Under the pieces are notes generated by a model. The model made no database searches. It was not told the DNA's origin and saw nothing but the letters and a program-made list of their open reading frames with translations. A stretch of 63,917 bases of DNA, counting the filler, from Reticulomyxa filosa (taxonomy: Eukaryota; Protista; Foraminifera), in NCBI GenBank assembly GCA_000512085.1. It is 32 parts of 32 records of this genome, joined end to end, with 100 filler letters (N's around TTAATTAATTAA, not from the genome) between each part and the next. Parts side by side here need not be neighbours in the genome. Positions count along the whole stretch, not along the records: positions 62,414 to 63,917 come from ASPP01002451.1; 31 more parts are not named here. One strand, written 5' to 3'. Below are positions 63,651-63,917 of the stretch, in pieces. The translations under genes and the position numbers were made by a program. Numbering within the stretch: the first letter of the stretch is position 1; every line of letters starts with the position of its first letter.

Positions 63651-63880
63651 TTTTGAAATTGTATTTATATGTACTGTTTCCATCACATTAATTACACTTC
63701 TTATAAAAAATTATTTTCTAAAGAATATAAACATTGTAGTTGATAAGACTAAAACTACATTTTCAATTTCCAATTTCGTGAAAAATTTTTGAAAAATTTA
63801 TAATTTGGAAAGAGATTGTTTACGAAATAAACAAATTTTAAGTTTTAAAACTAGAATAATTTGTATTTGTACATTTTGTA

Positions 63881-63917
63881 CAGTAGATTGCAAAAAAAAC
63901 TGACATACCTAAATGGC
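63881..63917 (+). mobile_element. TA|CAGTA terminal-repeat family copy, cut by window end
   Basis: TA|CAGTAGATTGCAAAAAAAACTGACATACCTAAATGGC. Confidence 0.7.

Overview
This window is not a continuous locus. It is about 32 short contigs joined by 31 artificial ~100-nt spacers (N-run, TTAATTAATTAA six-frame stop linker, N-run), so neighbourhood across spacers carries no biological meaning. Almost all contigs come from an AT-rich, intron-rich eukaryote. The gene-family signatures (Kelch-like 'YKFIC.YPS.V.L..HCV', WD40 'CSGS.D.T.R.WD', NACHT, Gly-rich 'GGSGG.ILI...GRIAIY' tails, many pseudogenes) resemble the foraminiferan Reticulomyxa filosa; that assignment is inference. One GC-rich contig (26382-28142) is part of an alphaproteobacterial rRNA operon (16S, tRNA-Ile, tRNA-Ala). 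Recognisable eukaryotic genes or fragments: VMP1, ornithine cyclodeaminase/mu-crystallin, a multi-RRM protein, a ferric reductase, a NACHT NTPase, MAK11/PAK1IP1, a tandem cold-shock-domain protein, PUB and F-box proteins, a RanBP2-zinc-finger/HSPA12-like fusion, a divergent 14-3-3 and a UPF0658-like membrane protein. Elements absent from the ORF track: a tubulin pseudogene, a full-length decayed Tc1, a six-copy TA|CAGTA terminal-repeat family, a ~220-bp TGT...ACA element with 4-bp target-site duplications, decayed APE/RNase H LINEs, two ~250-bp near-perfect inverted repeats and a tRNA-like sequence. I found no convincing multi-gene novel system; the best leads are single-locus oddities.
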